Of a stretch of DNA of 64,000 nt, positions 57,946-64,000 are shown piece after piece; position 1 is the first letter of the stretch, and every line of letters begins with the position of its first letter. This DNA comes from Bacillota bacterium (GTDB taxonomy: Bacteria > Bacillota > Ch66 > Ch109). The notes under the pieces are model-generated. The model saw nothing but the letters and a program-made list of their open reading frames with translations, was not told the DNA's origin and did no database searches. Both the position numbers and the translations under genes were made by a program. The stretch is from NCBI GenBank assembly GCA_050952625.1, contig JBMNLH010000001.1, forward strand, positions 640,001-704,000, written 5' to 3'.

Positions 57946-59340
57946 TTAGCGATTTTCCTGAATAGTTTGCCAGATTGCTGGATCCTCCATACCTAGCCGC
58001 CAGAGGGCTACCCCAGCCAAATTATATTCACTAACCAGGTTAAGTTTGCTTTTCAGACTATAAGCATTCTCATACCAAACCTCATGGTAGTGCTGGTTAA
58101 CCGGGTCAACGTAGGAGAAATACGGGGTCTGGGTAGCTTCATCAAAGACGGGGGATGCGTTATAATCCCGAACTCGCCGCATCGCCATTTCATGAGTCAG
58201 GTAGGTATGCTGATCAGTATTCAGGTTAAAATCAAAGCCGAAAACCGGTTCGGCTAGAACTATCTTATGCCTCGGAATCTGAGTGATCGCGTAGTTGATC
58301 ACTGACTGATTAAAACCAATCGAAGAAACCGGCCCCGGTCCGCTTCCCGGAAAGCCATGCTCATTATACATCATCAGCATTACCTGATCAGCCGCTTGGC
58401 CGATGGCGGCGTAATCATAAGGAGCGGTCCAGGAAATATGCCAGCTTTCTCGCTCCTTGGCTGGAATAGCCACGGTAAAAAGGTAACCTCTGGCCCTTAG
58501 TTGATCCCCCAGCTCTTGGTAGAAAAGCGATAGCTTTTCTCGATCACTGACTCGAATACCCTCAAAATCCATATTAACGCCATCAAATCCATAGAACTCA
58601 ATCAAACGAATGATGTTGGCAATACATTGACTTCTGGATTCCGGTGTAGACAACATCTGCGTGACCAAGTTTTTAGTTAAGGATTTGTTCGGGTATAAAA
58701 AGTTGTGGATTACCGGGATGACCGGAACATTCTGTTGGTGGGCAGTAGCGACCAAGCGACGGACCTCGGATGTTTTCAGCGGTTCACTTGCCTCTATATC
58801 AGTACAGTCATACTGATTAAGGCGAAACCAAAAGGGAGCCAACTGCGTTAAGTTGTCCATATGGGCCAAGGTTGACCAGGAAGAAGAGGGCAAATTGCTT
58901 TCCTCTTCTGTATAATAGCCAGTAATGGAAACCATTGGACGGGATTTTTCTCTGGTATCTATTTTGAGAACTTGTCCCACATAGATTAAATCACTGGCTA
59001 GGTAGTTTAACCGCTTTATTTCATTGATTGTTGTCGCGTATTTTTTAGCGATCAGATACAAGCTTTCTCCCTTAGTTACCGTATGGGTCTGCGCCGAAAA
59101 GGGAACCGCCAAAACTTGTCCCACGTAAATGAGGTCACTCTTGAGTCCGTTAATTTGTTTAATCTGTTCTACTGTGGTTTGCTGTTCTTGGGCAATCTTA
59201 TATAAGGTATCACCGGGAACGACCACATAATGGTCCTGGGCATTGACCCCGGACGGGGCGTGAAAGAAACTAAACAGCAAAAAGATCGGCAGCAGTAACA
59301 TGATGCTGAATCTAATCTTCATTTGTTGCTTGCTTAGCAC
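57946..59340 (-). CDS. 2xLysM + GH18 glycoside hydrolase (YaaH/SleL-like)
   Basis: Signal peptide, two LysM repeats (V.PGDTLYKIA; VTKGESLYLIA), DGVNMDFE catalytic motif, WRLG.ED. Confidence 0.9.
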   Translation of the reverse strand: MLSKQQMKIRFSIMLLLPIFLLFSFFHAPSGVNAQDHYVVVPGDTLYKIAQEQQTTVEQIKQINGLKSDLIYVGQVLAVPFSAQTHTVTKGESLYLIAKKYATTINEIKRLNYLASDLIYVGQVLKIDTREKSRPMVSITGYYTEEESNLPSSSWSTLAHMDNLTQLAPFWFRLNQYDCTDIEASEPLKTSEVRRLVATAHQQNVPVIPVIHNFLYPNKSLTKNLVTQMLSTPESRSQCIANIIRLIEFYGFDGVNMDFEGIRVSDREKLSLFYQELGDQLRARGYLFTVAIPAKERESWHISWTAPYDYAAIGQAADQVMLMMYNEHGFPGSGPGPVSSIGFNQSVINYAITQIPRHKIVLAEPVFGFDFNLNTDQHTYLTHEMAMRRVRDYNASPVFDEATQTPYFSYVDPVNQHYHEVWYENAYSLKSKLNLVSEYNLAGVALWRLGMEDPAIWQTIQENR

Positions 59341-59667
59341 CTCCTTTAGTAAGAATAAATCCTTAACGGGAATCGATGACTGCCCAGACTCGATTATACC
59401 TTATCTATAGTGAATGCAGGGTAGAGAATGAATGGCTGGTTAGCCGTTTTTTGTCAGAGCATATAACACGACAAATGCAACTGCCTTTTAGATGCTGATG
59501 CAATGAGTGGTCTTCGATAACTTGATACTTTGAGCATGTTCGGGCTATAATTGGTTTGCTGGAAAGATTATTTTCCTTTGTGGGATTGATGACCGTCAAT
59601 GCGAAAACTGCTTATCGGCCGGGATCCAAGCGGGATTTATTAGCAGGAATAGTCATGAGGTGGACTG

Positions 59668-60114
59668 ATGTTTTTTTGGACAATTGCGGCAGCTGCTTTA
59701 GCAGCTGACCAGATCATAAAATATTTGGTGCAAACCCATTTGATTCCCTGGGAATCACTCCCCATCATTCCGGGTATTCTACATCTTACTTATGTCCGAA
59801 ATCCTGGGGCCGCCTTTGGCATGTTCGCCAATTGGACCTGGGTGTTCGTCTTGGTTAGCTTAGCGGTGATTGGTTTGCTTGTGTTTTTATACCCGCGGAT
59901 CGCTAACCAAGGCCGTTTGTTTCAATTAGCCCTGGCTTTAGAGGCGGGGGGAGCAACTGGAAACCTAATTGACCGGCTGCGGTTTGGCGTAGTAATTGAC
60001 TTTATAGATTTTCGTATCTGGCCAGTTTTTAATATTGCCGACATGGCCATTGTGACCGGAGCAGTTTTATTAGCTTATACCATCTTGAAACAGCCGGCAG
60101 ACGAAAGTATCTGA
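59668..60114 (+). CDS. lspA: Lipoprotein signal peptidase II
   Basis: DQ..K, NPGAAFG, GN.IDR, VIDF, PVFNIAD. Confidence 0.96.
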   Translation: MFFWTIAAAALAADQIIKYLVQTHLIPWESLPIIPGILHLTYVRNPGAAFGMFANWTWVFVLVSLAVIGLLVFLYPRIANQGRLFQLALALEAGGATGNLIDRLRFGVVIDFIDFRIWPVFNIADMAIVTGAVLLAYTILKQPADESI

Positions 60115-60122
60115 TAGTTTTC

Positions 60123-60190
60123 CGTTTGTGCTTAAGCTCGGTCAGCAGGCGGATATCTGCGTATAAACACCGCGTCGTAGATTTTTCAAA
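60123..60190. repeat. Family A element, shortened copy retaining terminal motifs
   Basis: CTCGGTCAGCAG is the reverse complement of CTGCTGACCGAG; AAACACCGCGTCGTAGATTTTTCAAA resembles AAACACGCGCGTAGTTATTTTCAAA. Confidence 0.6.
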
Positions 60191-61179
60191 TGAGGACTAA
60201 GATGATTAATGATAAACTGGATGAGATCATGCAAACAAGCAGTCCCGATCTAGTTGCTTCAGCCTACCATGCCCTAGTTGTACCACTGGCTGACGAAGGC
60301 CAGCGAGTAGATACCTGGATAGTTGCTCAACTGAAGGAGTTATCGCGGACCTTTGTGCAGAAGTTAATAGAAGAGGGCCAGGTTAAGGTTAATGGCGAGA
60401 AGGTTCGGGCAAACTACCGGGTATCTGCTGGAGATTATCTGGAGGTTGAAATTCCAACAGCGACAGACCTGGAAGTTAAACCCCAGGCTATCCCGCTTGA
60501 AATAATCTATGAGGATCAGGATGTGCTAGTCATTAATAAACCACCGGGAATGGTGGTGCATCCAGCCCACGGTAACTATGAAGGAACCTTGGTCAATGCC
60601 TTGTTGGCACATTGCCATGACCTTTCCGGGATTGGCGGCGTTAATCGTCCGGGGATCGTGCACCGGCTGGACAAGGATACTTCGGGCCTGTTGATGGTGG
60701 CAAAAAACGATTTGGCGCATCAAAGATTATCCGAACAAATCAAAGAGAGACAAGTCATTCGGCGTTACCTGGCCTTGGTTCATGGCCGAATTCAAGCATT
60801 GACCGGCCGAATTGAAGCCCCGATTGGTCGGGATCCGCGCGATCGCAAGAAGATGGCAGTCAATATCAACCGAGGGAAGCCGGCGATAACCCACTACCGG
60901 GTGCTGGAGCATTTGGGCGTTTACACGCTGATAGAAGCTCGATTAGAAACCGGCCGGACGCATCAGATTAGGGTCCACTTGGCTTATCTTGGACATCCAG
61001 TGGTCGGGGATCCGGTTTACGGGCCGCGTCGGCAGCATTTGGGTTTAAGTGGTCAGTGGCTGCACGCCGGGGTTCTAGGTTTTAAACATCCGCGATCCGG
61101 CGAAGAGTTAGAGTTCACGGTGCCAGCACCCCCACAATTTATGGAAATCCTTGAAAAACTGAGATACAAAGGAGAATAG
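60190..61179 (+). CDS. rluD: RluA/RluD family pseudouridine synthase
   Basis: S4 domain, NKPPGMVVHP, HRLDKDTSG, TGRTHQIRVH, GDPVYG. Confidence 0.95.
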   Translation: MRTKMINDKLDEIMQTSSPDLVASAYHALVVPLADEGQRVDTWIVAQLKELSRTFVQKLIEEGQVKVNGEKVRANYRVSAGDYLEVEIPTATDLEVKPQAIPLEIIYEDQDVLVINKPPGMVVHPAHGNYEGTLVNALLAHCHDLSGIGGVNRPGIVHRLDKDTSGLLMVAKNDLAHQRLSEQIKERQVIRRYLALVHGRIQALTGRIEAPIGRDPRDRKKMAVNINRGKPAITHYRVLEHLGVYTLIEARLETGRTHQIRVHLAYLGHPVVGDPVYGPRRQHLGLSGQWLHAGVLGFKHPRSGEELEFTVPAPPQFMEILEKLRYKGE

Positions 61180-61229
61180 ATAGCTATACTTAGCGGCACC
61201 AGGTCGATTACTCAAGACTAAACTTTTTG

Positions 61230-61258
61230 TTGACAAAGGTTTGACAATAGCCTAAAAT
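61230..61258 (+). promoter_or_regulatory. SigA promoter of the pyr operon
   Basis: TTGACA-N17-TAAAAT. Confidence 0.65.
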
Positions 61259-61274
61259 TGCTATAGTCAAAAAC

Positions 61275-61397
61275 ACCTTTAATACAGTCCCGAGAGGCTG
61301 GCAAGGTACCAATATATTTAGTGTAATAGTGTAATAGCGTAAGGAATCTGTTACACCCGGAAGTGCCTGCTGCCGATAAGGAGCAGGTTTTTAGTTT
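61275..61397 (+). promoter_or_regulatory. PyrR-binding attenuator 1
   Basis: ACCTTTAA..CAGTCCCGAGAGGCTG..AAGGT binding loop and a CCTGCT/AGCAGG terminator with T-run. Confidence 0.9.
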
Positions 61398-61410
61398 GCT
61401 GAAGGAATGA

Positions 61411-62001
<591 letters not shown>

Positions 62002-62030
62002 GGCGGACCTCAGCCATTACTGATCCAAGG

Positions 62031-62138
62031 CCCCTTTAAACTAGTTCTGTGAGACTGGTAAGGGAATTGATGCTGATCCGGCCATTTTTGCCTGCATCTC
62101 TCTACCAGTGTCCAGACTGGTAGAGAGTTTTTTATTTT
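62031..62138 (+). promoter_or_regulatory. PyrR-binding attenuator 2
   Basis: CCCTTTAA.CTAGTTCTGTGAGACTGG.AAGGG loop and terminator CTCTCTACCAGT/ACTGGTAGAGAG with T-run. Confidence 0.85.
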
Positions 62139-62204
62139 AGGGTTTATCAAATTTAATAATATGGCGCATTTGTTTAATCTATTTAAAGAAAGGAAGGTCA
62201 CTAT

Positions 62205-63146
62205 ATGGGCCTAAACCGCAAAGATGTTTTAGGGTTGCAGGAGCTGACTGCGGAGGAAATCCAGCTTATTTTGGATACCGCCGTACCAATGAAGGATATT
62301 TTAAGTCGGGAGATCAAGAAGGTGCCTACTCTGCGGGGTAAAGTGGTGGCGACTTTGTTTTACGAGCCCAGTACCCGAACTCGGACGTCTTTTGAGCTGG
62401 CGGCCAAGTATATGGGGGCGGATACGATGAGCCTGGCAGTAGCAACCAGCAGTGTCCAAAAAGGTGAGAGTTTTCGCGATACCGCCCAAACAATCGAGAT
62501 TATGGGAGTCGATACGGTTATTCTGCGGCATTCAGTATCCGGTTCAGCCCAGTACCTGGCTAAGACAATTAAAGCCTCAGTGATTAATGGTGGTGATGGG
62601 ACGCGAGAGCATCCGACCCAGGCCCTATTGGACATGTTCACCATTCGGGAGAAAAGAGGCAGTTTTGCGGGCATGAAGGTGGTTATTCTGGGAGATATTC
62701 TGCACAGTCGAGTTGCCCGTTCTAATATTTGGGGGTTAACGAAAATGGGGGCTGAGGTTAGAGTCGTAGGGCCGCCAACCCTAATGCCGCCGGAGATCGA
62801 CAAGCTGGGGGTCAAGGTATATTACCAGGCCGAGGACGCTTTAGAAGGTGCAGATGTAATTAATGTGTTGAGGTTGCAATTAGAACGGCAGCAGAAAGGC
62901 CTTTTCCCCACGGTGCGTGAATATCATCAGCTTTATGGCCTTACTCCGGCTAGATTGAAATTAGCCCATCCAGACGCCCTGGTTCTGCATCCTGGACCAA
63001 TGAACCGAGGGGTGGAGATAGCACCGGAGGTGGCGGACAGTCCACAGTCGACAATTGTGGAACAAGTGGCGAATGGCGTAGCCATCCGGATGGCCTTACT
63101 GTACCTGTTAATGGAAGGGGGATCATCTAGTGAAGGTATTAATTAA
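62205..63146 (+). CDS. pyrB: Aspartate carbamoyltransferase
   Basis: [31 protein letters not shown]. Confidence 0.98.
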   Translation: MGLNRKDVLGLQELTAEEIQLILDTAVPMKDILSREIKKVPTLRGKVVATLFYEPSTRTRTSFELAAKYMGADTMSLAVATSSVQKGESFRDTAQTIEIMGVDTVILRHSVSGSAQYLAKTIKASVINGGDGTREHPTQALLDMFTIREKRGSFAGMKVVILGDILHSRVARSNIWGLTKMGAEVRVVGPPTLMPPEIDKLGVKVYYQAEDALEGADVINVLRLQLERQQKGLFPTVREYHQLYGLTPARLKLAHPDALVLHPGPMNRGVEIAPEVADSPQSTIVEQVANGVAIRMALLYLLMEGGSSSEGIN

Positions 63147-64000
63147 AGGTGGTCGAGTAATAGATCCGGCTAACGGCTTAGACGGAGTAGCTGATGTCAT
63201 AATTAACCGGGGAAAAATTGCCGCGATTATCCCTGTCGGCCAAAATCAAGCCGACCTAGCTAAACAGGCGGACAAGAATCAAAGCGCGGATGCAGTTGTG
63301 ATAGAGGCAGCCGGTAAACTTATCGTTCCCGGGCTCATTGATATGCACGTTCACCTGCGCGAGCCAGGCTTTGAAAGAAAGGAAACAATTGCCTCAGGGA
63401 CTCGAGCAGCGGCTAAGGGGGGCTTCACCTCGGTTGTTTGTATGCCAAATACCCAACCAGTGGCAGACAATCGCTCAATAATTGAGTTTATTATCAATCA
63501 AGCCCGATCGACTGGGGTGGTTAATGTCTATCCAATCGGAGCGATTACTAAAGGTTCGCGAGGAGAAGAGCTCTCGGAAATGGCGGATCTGGCTGCCGGT
63601 GGAGCGATTGCTTTTTCCGATGATGGTCGGCCGGTAATGAATGCTCAGATAATGCGCCTAGCCCTGGAATATGCTAAGATTGGTGACTGGCTGATTATCC
63701 CGCATTGTGAAGATTTAAACTTGTCCGCGGAAGGACAGATGAATGAAGGCTACTGGTCAATGCTTCTGGGATTAAAGGGCATTCCGGCCGTGGCTGAAGA
63801 GGCGATGATTGCCCGGGATCTAATGCTGGCGGAAATGACTGGCTCGCGGGTGCACATTGCCCATGTCAGTACCGCCGGTTCGGTTCAGTTGATTCGCGAG
63901 GCGAGAAAAGCGGGGGATCAGAGTTAGTGCGGAGGTTACCCCTCATCATCTGGTTTTAACGGATGAAGCGGTGGCCAGCTTCAGCACTTCCACCAAAGTC
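63130..64000 (+). CDS. pyrC: Dihydroorotase, runs off the window; apparent +1 frameshift near 63905-63916
   Basis: [27 protein letters not shown]. After the stop at 63927 the conserved [12 protein letters not shown]...TKV continues in the +1 frame. Confidence 0.9.

Noticed and set aside
58960-59130. Nucleotide direct repeat AACTTGTCCCAC
   Set aside because: Explained by the two LysM domains.
59405-59599. 64-aa minus-strand ORF upstream of the LysM-GH18 gene
   Set aside because: No SD or recognisable features; lies in a divergent promoter region.

Overview
Mostly core chromosome of an endospore-forming, probably anaerobic Clostridia-type Firmicute (inferred from the sporulation sigma factors, spoIIR/spoIIGA, ger operon, [FeFe]-hydrogenase and SLH protein). 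Left arm (1-12.7 kb): a 5'-truncated SLH surface protein, an ABC-2 exporter, tcdA, a YknWXYZ/MacAB-like exporter with an ECF-type promoter, an HhH-GPD glycosylase, a monomeric [FeFe]-hydrogenase and an ACT protein. Centre (13-48 kb): the dcw cluster (mraZ-rsmH-ftsL-spoVD-murE-murF-mraY-murD-spoVE-murG-murC-murA-ftsQ-DUF881-sbp-ftsA-ftsZ), spoIIGA-sigE-sigG-spoIIR-ylmC, an opposite-strand gerA-type operon with a deleted C subunit, and the ylm region (pgeF, orphan HlyD-like gene, yggS, sepF, proC, yggT, a twice-frameshifted double-U32 gene, divIVA, DUF167). Right arm: ileS, UPF0237/UPF0210 pair, MBL hydrolase, DUF5665, yteA, GT4, PaaI, hicAB, LysM-GH18, lspA, rluD and pyrR-pyrB-pyrC with two PyrR attenuators. 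No CRISPR, rRNA, tRNA or transposase was seen. Best leads: a fused two-domain U32 (UbiU/UbiV-like) Fe-S hydroxylase split by two +1 frameshifts; a ~180-nt self-complementary intergenic element with at least six degenerate copies; an ileS leader with promoter and terminator but no T-box; an SD separated from its start codon by a hairpin; a probable ATT start codon; and an inverted repeat pair bracketing spoIIGA-sigE. All calls come from manual reading, with no database searches.
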